Shown here: positions 1 to 9,446 of the stretch, in pieces | Numbering within the stretch: the stretch's first letter is position 1 | Layout: the number at the start of each line of letters is the position of its first letter | Source of the DNA: Patescibacteria group bacterium | Lineage (GTDB): Bacteria > Patescibacteriota > Patescibacteriia > JAXHNJ01 | Reading direction: 5' to 3' | NCBI GenBank assembly: GCA_041649715.1 | Contig: JBAZMP010000001.1 | Span: 515,153-579,152 of the forward strand | Length of the DNA: 64,000 nucleotides | Notes under the pieces: generated by a model | Databases searched by the model: none | Told to the model about the DNA's origin: nothing | The model's input: only the letters and a program-made list of their open reading frames with translations | Program-made: the position numbers and the translations under genes

Positions 1-61
1 TCGAGAAAAGTTTACCGATGTATTTTTCCGAACCCTTAAAATCCACTATGGTTTTATTGTT

Positions 62-949
62 TTGCTTATTTTTGGCCTGGTTTATCTCATCTTTTTTTCA
101 GAAATTTTTCAGATTCACTTCATCGTGGTCAAGGGCGCAAACAAAGTTCCCGTTCAGACCATTGAAAACTATGTAAAAGAAGAGCTTTCTTTAAAACGGC
201 TGAATTTCCTTCCGCAGAGCAATTATTACTTTTTTGACGAAAAATCGGCCCGAGTCAAAGTCAGAGAAAAGATCGAAAAAACCATTGCCCTTGAGGAATA
301 TAACTTTAAAAAAGTATTTCCCCGCACGGTCACGGTTACCCTAAAAGAAGCAATACCTTCGCTAACCTGGTGGAATGGCACAAGTTACTATTACTTATCC
401 GCCACTGGCCTAGTCGCCCAAACCGTTCTGGAAAATGAGGTAAACAAAGAATATCCCCTGATTGAAGACTTAAATAAACTTTCGGTCAGTCCGCAAGATC
501 AGACCGTAAGCGCCGAATGGCTAGGCGCTATCTCTGAAATAAGGCAGAATCTGGCAAAAATTAATCTGCCCGTTGATCATTTTATCGTGCCGATAATCAC
601 CTGTTATAACCCCGATTTGCCCGAAGAAGAGGAGTCAGAAATAACCTTAAATTTAAATGCCAACACGAACCTAAATGCAAACAAGAACATTAACAGTAAT
701 AAAAACGAAAATCTCAACGAAAATACTAATACCAGTCTGCCCCCGTGCCAACTGAAAGAAGAACTAAATAAATTAAAACAAATTAATGTTTTGACCGCCG
801 AAGGGTATCAGATTTATTTGGCCGCGGATCAGGATATCGCGAAGCAGATAGAAAATCTGAATCTGGTGCTAGCAAGCAAGTTAAAGGGAAAAACCTCGAC
901 GCTAAAGTATATCGATTTAAGATTTGAAAACAGGATATATTACCAATGA
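62..949 (+). CDS. FtsQ/DivIB-like cell division protein with POTRA-like region and an Asn-rich low-complexity insert. TTG start; the frame stays open to the window edge, so it may be 5' partial.
   Basis: N-terminal TM segment; KIEKTIALEEY...TVTVTLKE resembles FtsQ POTRA; repeat NLNANTNLNANKNINSNKNENLNENTN. Confidence 0.45.
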   Translation: MLIFGLVYLIFFSEIFQIHFIVVKGANKVPVQTIENYVKEELSLKRLNFLPQSNYYFFDEKSARVKVREKIEKTIALEEYNFKKVFPRTVTVTLKEAIPSLTWWNGTSYYYLSATGLVAQTVLENEVNKEYPLIEDLNKLSVSPQDQTVSAEWLGAISEIRQNLAKINLPVDHFIVPIITCYNPDLPEEEESEITLNLNANTNLNANKNINSNKNENLNENTNTSLPPCQLKEELNKLKQINVLTAEGYQIYLAADQDIAKQIENLNLVLASKLKGKTSTLKYIDLRFENRIYYQ

Positions 950-2223
950 ATTATTTTGTCTTAGGCTTATTTATTCTCACTTACGTTTTTCTTATTTGGG
1001 GCAAACTCCATAAGCTCTGGGTGGTTGGAGTCGCCGCCGGAATTTTGATTTTTACGCGGACCATAAGCTTGCCCGAAGCCTTTAGTTTTGTCAATTGGAA
1101 CGTAATGACCCTTTTTGTCGGCATGCTAGTTTTAGCCGATCTTTTCATTGATTCCCAAGTGCCGGCATATTTTGCCCAGAAACTTGCCTCAAAAGCTAAA
1201 ACGATCGTCTTCGCCATGCTTTTTATCTGCGTTTTAACGAGTTTAATCTCCGCCTTTGTGGAAAACGTGGCCACGGTTCTGATTATCGCGCCGATTGCCA
1301 TCTCCTTGGCGAAAAATTTAAAAATCAAGGCGGCGCCATTTTTAATCGCCATTGCCATTTGTTCCAACCTTCAAGGCACGGCCACCTTAGTTGGCGACCC
1401 GCCAAGCATGATTTTAGGCAGCTACGCAAAATTAAGCTTTAATGATTTTTTTTGGTTTCACGGGCATCCCGGAATATTTTTTGCCGTGCAGGCCGGAGCG
1501 CTAGCTTCATTTATAGTCTTGTATTTTATTTTCCGCCATTACAAAGCTTCTGTCGGTCAAATTGAAATTGTTAAAGTAAAAACCTGGCGGCCCACGATTC
1601 TCATTGTCCTTTTGATCCTGGCGTTGGCCACCTCTTCTGTCATTGCTCCCGACGCTCCTCTTTTAAGCGGCATGATCACGCTTGTTTTCGCGCTGATTGG
1701 ATTTTTAAGCCAGGTCGTCAGGGTGGGGCATCGGGCTATTTCTGACCTGATAAAACCCCTGGACTGGAGCACGACTTTGTTTTTGCTCTTTATTTTTATA
1801 ATTGTCGGAAGCCTAACGCCCGCCGGCGTAATTGACAAAATCACTTATTTAATGAAGTCAATCACGGGCGATAATATTTTTCTGACATATACCCTCATCA
1901 TGTGGGTTTCCGTGTTATTATCCGCTTTTATAGACAATGTCCCGTATATATTAATGATGTTGCCGGTCGCCGGCGGATTAGCGGTTTATCTTGGGGTCAG
2001 TCCATATCTCTTTTATTTTTCGCTCTTGATTGGCGCTTCTGTCGGTGGTAATATTACTCCAATCGGCGCTTCCGCTAATATTGTAAGCGTGGGTCTGGCC
2101 CAAAAAAAAGCCGGGGAAAAGATCAGCTTCAAGGAATTCGTGAAAATGGGATTGCCGTATACATTGGCTGCGGTTAGCGCGGCCTGGCTGGTCGGCTGGT
2201 TCTTTTGGCGGAATTTAGTATGA
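946..2223 (+). CDS. ArsB/NhaD-superfamily anion permease (multi-TM)
   Basis: GDPPS motif in a hairpin loop, about 10 TM segments, starts 4 nt before the upstream stop. Confidence 0.6.
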   Translation: MNYFVLGLFILTYVFLIWGKLHKLWVVGVAAGILIFTRTISLPEAFSFVNWNVMTLFVGMLVLADLFIDSQVPAYFAQKLASKAKTIVFAMLFICVLTSLISAFVENVATVLIIAPIAISLAKNLKIKAAPFLIAIAICSNLQGTATLVGDPPSMILGSYAKLSFNDFFWFHGHPGIFFAVQAGALASFIVLYFIFRHYKASVGQIEIVKVKTWRPTILIVLLILALATSSVIAPDAPLLSGMITLVFALIGFLSQVVRVGHRAISDLIKPLDWSTTLFLLFIFIIVGSLTPAGVIDKITYLMKSITGDNIFLTYTLIMWVSVLLSAFIDNVPYILMMLPVAGGLAVYLGVSPYLFYFSLLIGASVGGNITPIGASANIVSVGLAQKKAGEKISFKEFVKMGLPYTLAAVSAAWLVGWFFWRNLV

Positions 2224-2317
2224 CGAGATTCGTGATTTGCGACTCGATATTCGGAGTCCTAATCACCAATCCCGAATCTCGAATCACGAAAATATCTAAA
2301 TAATCAATAAAAACAAC

Positions 2318-2692
2318 ATGCAATATACCAAAAAAGTTCTAGATCATTTCCAGAATCCGCATAATCTCGGTCGTATAGAAAACGCGGATGGGGTAGGGGA
2401 GGTGGGCAATCCGGTTTGCGGCGACATTATGAAACTATATATCAAGGTTAAAGACGATAAAATTACCGATATAAAGTTTGAAACCCTTGGTTGCGGCGCG
2501 GCCATTGCCACTTCCTCCATGATCACCGACCTTGCCCGCGGCAAAACGATTAAAGAGGCAAAAAGAATTTCCCGGGAAGATATCGCCGATGAACTCGGAG
2601 GCCTTCCGCCGGTAAAGATGCACTGCTCAAATCTGGCGGCGGAGGCCTTGGCGAAAGCGATCAAAGACTACGAAAATAAGCAAGATAAATAA
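2318..2692 (+). CDS. iscU: Fe-S cluster scaffold protein IscU/NifU
   Basis: VGNPVCGD, LGCGAAIATS, HCSNLAAEAL motifs. Confidence 0.85.
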   Translation: MQYTKKVLDHFQNPHNLGRIENADGVGEVGNPVCGDIMKLYIKVKDDKITDIKFETLGCGAAIATSSMITDLARGKTIKEAKRISREDIADELGGLPPVKMHCSNLAAEALAKAIKDYENKQDK

Positions 2693-2704
2693 TTATATTA
2701 ATTT

Positions 2705-3844
2705 ATGAAAAAACTCTTACTATCGGCGGTAAGTCTTATTATGGTCTTTGCTATGGCCGGTTGCGCCAAAAACGGAGTAACAGTCGATACGGGAAAAGAT
2801 GACAAAAATATAAACAAGGGGCAGGCGGTCAGTCAGATTGACCCGAATAATAAATTCGGCTGGCTGGGCGGCGATGAGAACAGTTTTCAGTATGTTTCCG
2901 GTCAGGGCGCTGGCTGGATCAGGCCGCACCCAGGCCCTTTTGTCTGGGATATGATGCAGATATCACAAACAGATGAAATTGATTTCACAAATATGGATAA
3001 AACAGTCTCTGACGCCCAAAAGTATGGCGTTAACTTGTTAATTACTATTTGGCCATTTGCCAATTGGGATCAGATAAAAAGAAGTAATGCCTCTTCTTGC
3101 CAGGTTTCTTCCGATGACGAATTTCTACCGCAAAATGATAAAAAGGGACGCGATTCATATTTACCGCTTTATCGCTGTAATCCCAATGATTGGAACGCGT
3201 ATAAAAGCTTTGTCACTCAAGTGGTGGAAAGATATGACGGAGACGGTGTGGATGATATAAAGGGGTTAACCTATCCGATCAGATACTGGGAAGTGATGAA
3301 CGAACCGGATCTAGAAGGAGGCATGGGCCTTGATTTTTATAAACAGGGATATACCGAATACGCCGAACTTCTTAAAAATACCTTTCAGGCGGTAAAAGAA
3401 GCAGACAGTACGGCCCAGGTTTTAATCGCCGGGGCGGCCGGAGCGGACAGCCGCTTTCTTAATTTTTACGAAAGCATGTTTAAAGCCGATGCGACTCTGG
3501 CTAATTATTTTGATATCGCCAATATTCACTGCATTTCCAACGACCGAAGCACTAATTCATTTAACGTCATCGCGTATAAGCAGATGCTTGACCGGCAGGG
3601 GATTTTAAAGCCGATTTGGGTGACCGAAGCGGAAATGATGACGGGTTCGACTCTGGATGAAAACGCGGAAACCACGAGTTTAAACGTAAAAAACGCCATA
3701 GCCGCCGGCGCCAGCAAGATATTTTTCACCCGCTACGATTTCGCCGACACCCGCACGGATATGAGTCAAAAATTCGAACCGTCAGAAAGTGAACAGTTAA
3801 GAAGCGACGAATTATACCGCGATATTATTAAAAGTAATAATTGA
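2705..3844 (+). CDS. Lipoprotein, glycoside-hydrolase-like TIM barrel
   Basis: Lipobox MAGC; YWEVMNEPD (NEP catalytic acid motif of GH clan A). Confidence 0.5.
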   Translation: MKKLLLSAVSLIMVFAMAGCAKNGVTVDTGKDDKNINKGQAVSQIDPNNKFGWLGGDENSFQYVSGQGAGWIRPHPGPFVWDMMQISQTDEIDFTNMDKTVSDAQKYGVNLLITIWPFANWDQIKRSNASSCQVSSDDEFLPQNDKKGRDSYLPLYRCNPNDWNAYKSFVTQVVERYDGDGVDDIKGLTYPIRYWEVMNEPDLEGGMGLDFYKQGYTEYAELLKNTFQAVKEADSTAQVLIAGAAGADSRFLNFYESMFKADATLANYFDIANIHCISNDRSTNSFNVIAYKQMLDRQGILKPIWVTEAEMMTGSTLDENAETTSLNVKNAIAAGASKIFFTRYDFADTRTDMSQKFEPSESEQLRSDELYRDIIKSNN

Positions 3845-4659
3845 TTAGTATGAGTAAAATTAGACCAAGCATAGGCCTGGCTTTAGGCAGCGGGGGATTC
3901 AGGGGTCTGGCGCATATTGGCGTCATAAAGGTTTTAGAGAAAAATAATATTCCTGTTGATTATATTGCCGGTTCCTCAATCGGGGCCTTAATTTCGACGC
4001 TTTATGCTTATTGCTTGGATATTTTGAAAATCGAAAAACTAGCTTTAAATACCTCTTGGCGTCGAGGATTATCTATATTTGATCTGGGACGACATGGCGG
4101 TCTTATCAAAGGCGCAAAAATCGAAAAATTGATTACTAATTGGCTTGAACATATTTGCCCGGGAAAACCATTGATTCCTTTAGCCATCGTGACGACGGAT
4201 TTAAATACCGGCCAGCCGGTTATTTTTAAGAAAGGTGATTTTGTCAAACCAATTCACGGCAGTATTGCTATTCCTTTGATTTTTGAACCCATAAATTATC
4301 AGGGTAAGCTTTTAGTTGATGGCGGTTTGGTTAATCCCGTGCCTGATGATATCGTAAAAAACATGGGCGCAGACAAGATCATTGCCGTTAATCTGGACCA
4401 AGGCGAATTTAAGCCCTTAATCGGCAAAAAAAATCCGACTTTTATTAATATCGGGTTAAGGTCTCTGGATATTATGGCTTGGTATTTGAATATAAACTCT
4501 ATCCATGACGCGGATGTCATTATCAACCCGTTAATTAAAGAAGAGGGGATAGTCGGTTTTGATAAGTTTTTGAATCGTAATATGGTCAAACGTTTGATTA
4601 AGATCGGCGAAACGGCGGCGGAAAAAGAATTGCCGAGGATAAAAAAATTAGTTAATTAA
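3841..4659 (+). CDS. Patatin-like phospholipase
   Basis: GSGGFRG oxyanion motif, GSSIG nucleophile elbow, DGG. Confidence 0.8.
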   Translation: MISMSKIRPSIGLALGSGGFRGLAHIGVIKVLEKNNIPVDYIAGSSIGALISTLYAYCLDILKIEKLALNTSWRRGLSIFDLGRHGGLIKGAKIEKLITNWLEHICPGKPLIPLAIVTTDLNTGQPVIFKKGDFVKPIHGSIAIPLIFEPINYQGKLLVDGGLVNPVPDDIVKNMGADKIIAVNLDQGEFKPLIGKKNPTFINIGLRSLDIMAWYLNINSIHDADVIINPLIKEEGIVGFDKFLNRNMVKRLIKIGETAAEKELPRIKKLVN

Positions 4660-4675
4660 AAATTTTATCTGATAT

Positions 4676-4710
4676 AAAAATCCCCTCCATTCGTAAGAGG
4701 GGATTTGTTG
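4676..4710. terminator. Bidirectional hairpin terminator
   Basis: aaaatcccctccattcgtaagaggggatttgtt. Confidence 0.7.
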
Positions 4711-4727
4711 ACATACTGACGCGGTTT

Positions 4728-5111
4728 TCAAGCCGCCTGACGGAGGTAGGTCCGGCGTTTACTTCGCAGCCAGATCAGCTGGTTGACAAGTGCCGCTCTA
4801 AGGACACGGGTAGTCTGACCGGAGAAGTTGACGCGGAATGCGAGGCGTCTCTTGCCATGATGAATGAGACGGATAGGATGGAAAGTGACGTTTTCATGAT
4901 CGTTCTTTTCGCCGATAATAATGAAGTTACAGGCCTTAAGGCCCATGATCTTGTGATCAACGTCTTCGGCGAGGAAATACGTCGTCGCTCCTGGCACCCG
5001 GCTGTCCCGATAAAGACTGATCGTCACGAGACCCTTTCGGTCAATCTGGCAGCACAAAGTGGTCGGATTCTCCAAGGTCTGGCAGAAAGTCGTGGCGACA
5101 AGTTTTGCCAA
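4728..5111 (-). CDS. Hypothetical small protein on a GC-rich segment; TTG start with AAGGAGG RBS
   Basis: ORF with RBS 6 nt upstream, island-type promoter upstream, GC clearly above neighbours. Confidence 0.4.
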   Translation of the reverse strand: MAKLVATTFCQTLENPTTLCCQIDRKGLVTISLYRDSRVPGATTYFLAEDVDHKIMGLKACNFIIIGEKNDHENVTFHPIRLIHHGKRRLAFRVNFSGQTTRVLRAALVNQLIWLRSKRRTYLRQAA

Positions 5112-5179
5112 GCTAGACCTCCTTGTTACGCGTTTTCTTAAACTCCTAACAAAGAACGGGATTACTTAGTGTTTAAGAT

Positions 5180-5208
5180 AATTTACCCCGTTTGAAAAAA
5201 GTTGTCAA
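5180..5208 (-). promoter_or_regulatory. Sigma70-like promoter TTGACA-17-TAAATT (island type)
   Basis: Exact 17-bp spacer, TCTTGACA extended -35. Confidence 0.5.
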
Positions 5209-5312
5209 GAAAAAATAATGTAATTAAAATATTTTGCGACACATTAGATTTGACGTTAAACATAAGATATACTAAAGTGTCTATAAACCGTTTTACCTTA
5301 GGGAGGATGACT

Positions 5313-5612
5313 ATGTTGCGCTGGATCTTAGTAGTCTCGGTAATATCTATCCTGATCGGCAAATGGCTATGCAACCGGTCAGTCAGAAACTTCCAGTACA
5401 AGACAAGAACCGGACAGCAGGCACTGAACAGATATATACTTGATCTTAATTTCTGCGAAAGCGAAGGAGACACCAACCTGATGATTGAAAGTCAGGCGTC
5501 CTACTGGAAGCAGAGGAGAGCCGGCCTTTTCCTGCAGTACGCCGGCGCTTTCTTGCTTCTGATTACGCTCATCTCAATAGCTCTTTACGTAGTGGAGAAT
5601 CTGAAATATTAA
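5313..5612 (+). CDS. Small two-TM membrane protein
   Basis: GGGAGG RBS 6 nt upstream of ATG; the longer ORF from 5202 lacks an RBS. Confidence 0.5.
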   Translation: MLRWILVVSVISILIGKWLCNRSVRNFQYKTRTGQQALNRYILDLNFCESEGDTNLMIESQASYWKQRRAGLFLQYAGAFLLLITLISIALYVVENLKY

Positions 5613-5631
5613 ACATTGAAGAAAAGAATTT

Positions 5632-5661
5632 CAGGCTGTTCCCTCGAGGACAGCCTTTTTT
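5632..5661 (+). terminator. Rho-independent terminator
   Basis: caggctgttccctcgaggacagcc followed by a T-run. Confidence 0.7.
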
Positions 5662-5676
5662 CTTAGGGAAGAGGTG

Positions 5677-5705
5677 TTGACGGACCTAAATGGCCTAGGT
5701 ATAAT
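5677..5705 (+). promoter_or_regulatory. Promoter TTGACG-17-TATAAT
   Basis: Consensus hexamers with 17-bp spacer upstream of the recombinase gene. Confidence 0.55.
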
Positions 5706-5747
5706 GAATATGTTAACTGTGTATAATATCCCTTACACTCATATAAT

Positions 5748-6725
5748 ATGACTAAAATTAGCCAAGCCAAAGCAAAGAGTTCTTTTAGGTCTTCCCTACC
5801 TAATGTCGATGATTTCTTATTGAATCTACAGACAAATAATTATTCCAAAGAAACAGTTTACAATTACGAAAGAGATTTAAAAGTATTTGAAGAGTATCTT
5901 TCGGAGATGAGTCTCCCCTGGAAAAAGCTCAACCGGAGGGCTATTGAGCAATACAAGGCCTATTTGACCTCCATTGATCGAAAAACGGCCCAGAACGCCA
6001 AAATAGAGGCCAAATTGGGCTCATACAGCATTAATCGCATGCTTTCAAGCCTTAGATCCTACTTGAAGTACTTAATTGATAATGAATACGAAACCCCCAT
6101 TTCACCCGAGGTGGTGAAGCTGACTAAGACAGAGAAGAAACACCCGCGGGTGGCTGAGCTGGCCGATCTTATCCGCTTGATCGAATCCCCTGCTATTTTT
6201 GAAAAAAATAAAGAAGTGATCTTGCGCAACCGCGCCATGCTGGAAGTTTTATTTTCCACCGGTCTTAGAATTTCTGAACTGGTCAATCTCAACCGCGACC
6301 AGATTGACAATTCCGGCAAGATCTTTGTCATGGGCAAAGGGAAAAAAGAAAGATTCGTCTATCTGACCGAGCGGGCCAAAGAATATCTGAAAAACTACTT
6401 AAATACACGGAAAGATGATTCCCCTAGCCTATTCATCCCCTATCGCGGCTCGGCGGTCAAAACCACGCACCGGAGAATTTCCATAAATTATATTCAGGAG
6501 AGAATAAAAAGATACCGCGAGCTTTTAAAAATTAACGTGCCGACGTCAGCCCACAGTTTGCGTCACGGCTTTGCCACGTATTTAGCCGAATCCGGCGCCA
6601 ATCCGGCGGCGATTCAGATTCTTTTAGGTCATGAATCATTAGACACTACGACAAGATATGTACATGCTTCGGATAGATATGCGGAAGAAACGATGAAAAG
6701 GTTTCATCCGTTAAAAAATAAGTAA
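5748..6725 (+). CDS. Tyrosine site-specific recombinase, XerC/XerD (phage integrase) family
   Basis: N-terminal SAM-like domain; catalytic R...HxxR...Y (HSLRHGFAT, TTTRYVHAS). Confidence 0.8.
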   Translation: MTKISQAKAKSSFRSSLPNVDDFLLNLQTNNYSKETVYNYERDLKVFEEYLSEMSLPWKKLNRRAIEQYKAYLTSIDRKTAQNAKIEAKLGSYSINRMLSSLRSYLKYLIDNEYETPISPEVVKLTKTEKKHPRVAELADLIRLIESPAIFEKNKEVILRNRAMLEVLFSTGLRISELVNLNRDQIDNSGKIFVMGKGKKERFVYLTERAKEYLKNYLNTRKDDSPSLFIPYRGSAVKTTHRRISINYIQERIKRYRELLKINVPTSAHSLRHGFATYLAESGANPAAIQILLGHESLDTTTRYVHASDRYAEETMKRFHPLKNK

Positions 6726-6733
6726 CTAATAAT

Positions 6734-7522
6734 ATGATTTATTTTAGAGAAAGAAACAAGCTAAAAAAGGATTATTCAGGCTTTCAAGAAGTTTCAAATT
6801 CTTTGAGAAATAAACTAAAAACTATCTGTGAAAAGTATATAATTAAAGGTATTGGTTTGGGTAACGAGAATTATTATTTGGATTACGATACTATAGCGTA
6901 TGAATTAAAAATACATCTTGATAAGGGAGATATCCTTGATATCATCGATACTGAAACATACGAGAATATTTTTGAAGCTATTGAAATATTCTTAAAAACT
7001 GCCGAAGGACACGTAATTCAAAGTGTTTATGAAGAAATCCTACTTAATATTGCTAGAGCCTTCAAACTTTCAGGAAGTGTATATAAAGTAAATTATGATG
7101 GTGAAATTGAGTTAAAAATAGATGAAAGCCTAGCCAAAAGCCTAAAAGAAACGGAAGAAATTTTAGGTGGTAATAAAAATGCCTATGAAACATTTTTTGA
7201 TGCCACTGCAGATTTATTAAAAAGAAAAGGCAAACCAGAAGATATTGTAAAAAATATTTTTGTAGCTTTTGAAGATTACTTAAAAAATGAGACTCATACT
7301 AATGGTTTTGATAAAGCCATTTCATGGTTAGAAAGCAAAAATATTATTAATGGACGACAAAAATCTATACTTGAAAAAATTAAATCGTATAGGAGTGACG
7401 CATATAAGGTTACACATGCGGGTGAATCCAGCAAACCAAGTGAAATTGACACTCTATGGTATTTAGATACAGTTGTCGCTCAATTAAAATTTATTGATAG
7501 GAAATTAAAAAATACGGCCTAA
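6734..7522 (+). CDS. Hypothetical protein, AT-rich, co-directional with the recombinase
   Basis: ORF only; no recognisable motifs. Confidence 0.4.
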   Translation: MIYFRERNKLKKDYSGFQEVSNSLRNKLKTICEKYIIKGIGLGNENYYLDYDTIAYELKIHLDKGDILDIIDTETYENIFEAIEIFLKTAEGHVIQSVYEEILLNIARAFKLSGSVYKVNYDGEIELKIDESLAKSLKETEEILGGNKNAYETFFDATADLLKRKGKPEDIVKNIFVAFEDYLKNETHTNGFDKAISWLESKNIINGRQKSILEKIKSYRSDAYKVTHAGESSKPSEIDTLWYLDTVVAQLKFIDRKLKNTA

Positions 7523-7562
7523 ATTAATAAAAATCAGGCCGAAAGGGTCTTATTTTTTAAAT

Positions 7563-7600
7563 AAAAAAGCGGTTCGCCAAAGGCGAACCGCGTCTGTTGA
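7563..7600. terminator. Bidirectional terminator between convergent genes
   Basis: aaaaagcggttcgccaaaggcgaaccgc plus T-run; a second weaker hairpin caggccgaaagggtct lies just upstream. Confidence 0.65.
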
Positions 7601-7612
7601 TTGAGTGAATCC

Positions 7613-8494
7613 TCACTTATAGAGCGCCTTGATGGCTCCCCAAGAAGATTCTTTAACGGCGATTGGCGGCCCATCACCGTAAGCACAAACAGAACCAATT
7701 ATTGTGGCATAGAGCCATCCCCAGCTGTTGATTGCGACACCAGTTGGATTAGGGGCTGTCGTTAATGAATATTGCATAACCCCGCCGCTGCTATACTTTA
7801 CCACGCCACTGGCAGTGTTTGTTGCCACATACACGAAGCCTGCGGCATCAGTTTCAAGATTGTAACAGCCTGGAGTCGACCACGTACTTATGGGATTCCC
7901 AAGTGTATCAAAAACGTCGACGACATTGGCACCCCGCTTGCCGACATAGACTAGTTGGCCGTTTTTATCCACCGCGACCCCGATACCATAACCACTCACG
8001 CCATAAGACCAGTGACGAATCAATTCACCGTCAGGAGTGAAGATAAGTATTTGAGCTTGAGAGGGATCGCAGACGTAGATCTCGCCGTTAGGTGCTTGAT
8101 CGATGCCGTACGGCCCGCTGAAGTTCGTGAATACGGGTATCGCCCATGATAGAACATGGTCTCCGTTCTGGGTGAACTTGCGTACCATACCGTTGTTTAA
8201 GTCGCAGACATAGATGTAGCCATCCTTTCCCGCCACGATACCGGTAGGAGTACTGAATAGTCCCGCCCCCCAAGTAAGGAGAGGCTGACCTTGATAATTG
8301 AGTTTGGTAACCCCTGCACCTATTTCTGTGTAGTAGATATTCCCACTCATATCAGCGGTAATATCTAGCGTAGTGCCGTTATTGGGGTCACCGGCAGGAA
8401 CACAGAAAATTTGCGATGGCGGGTTTTCCGCACTGGCGACGCCAGCGAAAGAGAAAGCGACAAACGCAATAATGACAAAGAGCATTCCTTTCAT
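7613..8494 (-). CDS. Secreted NHL-repeat beta-propeller protein (GC-rich island gene)
   Basis: Signal peptide MKGMLFVIIAFVAFSFAGVASA; repeated YVCD/YVAD blades; AGGAGG RBS before MKGM. Confidence 0.6.
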   Translation of the reverse strand: MKGMLFVIIAFVAFSFAGVASAENPPSQIFCVPAGDPNNGTTLDITADMSGNIYYTEIGAGVTKLNYQGQPLLTWGAGLFSTPTGIVAGKDGYIYVCDLNNGMVRKFTQNGDHVLSWAIPVFTNFSGPYGIDQAPNGEIYVCDPSQAQILIFTPDGELIRHWSYGVSGYGIGVAVDKNGQLVYVGKRGANVVDVFDTLGNPISTWSTPGCYNLETDAAGFVYVATNTASGVVKYSSGGVMQYSLTTAPNPTGVAINSWGWLYATIIGSVCAYGDGPPIAVKESSWGAIKALYK

Positions 8495-8554
8495 GACTTC
8501 TTCCTCCTTATTGTCATGAAAACCAAAAACACTTTTAACCATTTATATATCTAT

Positions 8555-8583
8555 GTCTTATATTAAATTGCCTTATTTGTCAA
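8555..8583 (-). promoter_or_regulatory. Island-type promoter GTCTTGACA-17-TAAGAC (weak -10)
   Basis: Conserved TCTTGACA block with 17-bp spacer. Confidence 0.35.
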
Positions 8584-8602
8584 GACAAAAATCAATCCTT
8601 AA

Positions 8603-8634
8603 TCAAAAAGCAGGCCGAAAGGGCCTCTTTTGTT
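8603..8634. terminator. Bidirectional terminator/insulator hairpin
   Basis: aaaaagcaggccgaaagggcctctttt; same caggccgaaaggg core as at 7532. Confidence 0.55.
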
Positions 8635-8689
8635 AAATCCGAAGCACTAAATCCAAAATCCTAAACTCTAAACCCTGGCATAAACAGGG

Positions 8690-8718
8690 TTGACAAAAAA
8701 ACAAAATACCGCTAAGGT
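8690..8718 (+). promoter_or_regulatory. Promoter TTGACA-17-TAAGGT
   Basis: 17-bp spacer; preceded by the hairpin accctggcataaacagggt. Confidence 0.5.
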
Positions 8719-8767
8719 TTTAGCGCCAAGGTTAATGTTTTCAAACACGAACCGGAGGTGGAAAGCC

Positions 8768-9235
8768 ATGCCAGAACGCTGGAATTTTCTGGTCCATGAT
8801 CCGATCAGATGGGCGAAATTCCGCTGCAACCTGGAAATTCCCAAATCGCTGCAAGAAGGCCGGGTCTACTGGGAATTCATCCCCTCAATCGGCGGCGGTA
8901 CGATCCTGAACCTTTTCAAGGTTCTGACCGTCAACGGGCATTTCGCCGAGATCCACATCATCTATCCCAGCTCGGTGGAGGAAAGGGATATCGTGCTCTT
9001 CTGCTGGAGCTGCGGGGAAGAATACATTCCCAGGAAACGCGAAGACATTTTCACCTGCCCCCTGTGCGGAATCAGCCAGGAGGATAAGGAGGCTAATGAC
9101 GAAGTAGCTGGGCAAAGCAGCGGCCCCCGCTGCCCCAAATGCGGCAGGACCATGTTTCCGGCGGATGAACACGGCCGTCAGGCCTGCCTTTGCGGAGGAA
9201 TGCGCGACATAGTCGCGGAGAACAGCGAACCGTAA
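8768..9235 (+). CDS. Hypothetical protein with two zinc-ribbon motifs
   Basis: GGAGGTGG RBS; CPLCG...CPKCG; the longer ORF from 8690 begins inside the -35 box. Confidence 0.5.
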   Translation: MPERWNFLVHDPIRWAKFRCNLEIPKSLQEGRVYWEFIPSIGGGTILNLFKVLTVNGHFAEIHIIYPSSVEERDIVLFCWSCGEEYIPRKREDIFTCPLCGISQEDKEANDEVAGQSSGPRCPKCGRTMFPADEHGRQACLCGGMRDIVAENSEP

Positions 9236-9265
9236 GGAGACAATATATCCTGAATCTAGCTCTTC

Positions 9266-9293
9266 GCCCGACGATCCTCGCCGGGCTTTTTCT
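9266..9293 (+). terminator. Rho-independent terminator
   Basis: gcccgacgatcctcgccgggc plus ttttt. Confidence 0.7.
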
Positions 9294-9354
9294 TTACCAA
9301 AAAACAGGACGAAATGACCTGATTTTGTTTCAAATCCAAGACTAAAAGTATGTC

Positions 9355-9383
9355 TTGACATTTATCATTTATTATGCTAACAT
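9355..9383 (+). promoter_or_regulatory. Promoter TTGACA-17-TGc-TAACAT
   Basis: gtcttgaca tttatcatttattatgc taacat. Confidence 0.6.
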
Positions 9384-9446
9384 TTTTCATTAAGAAGTTT
9401 TCCGATGCAAGCGATTCCTTGGTCTTAAAACAGGAGGTTGAGAAGC

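Noticed and set aside
4720-5150. GC-rich segment considered as RNase P RNA, tmRNA or SRP RNA
   Set aside because: On either strand there is no GGAAAGTCCGG / AGGGTGAAA / GGTAAGAGCGCACC (RNase P), no tRNA-like 3' end with GGTTCGA T-loop (tmRNA), and no AGGTCAGGTCCGGAAGGAAGCAGC (SRP). A promoter-RBS-ORF-terminator reading fits better.
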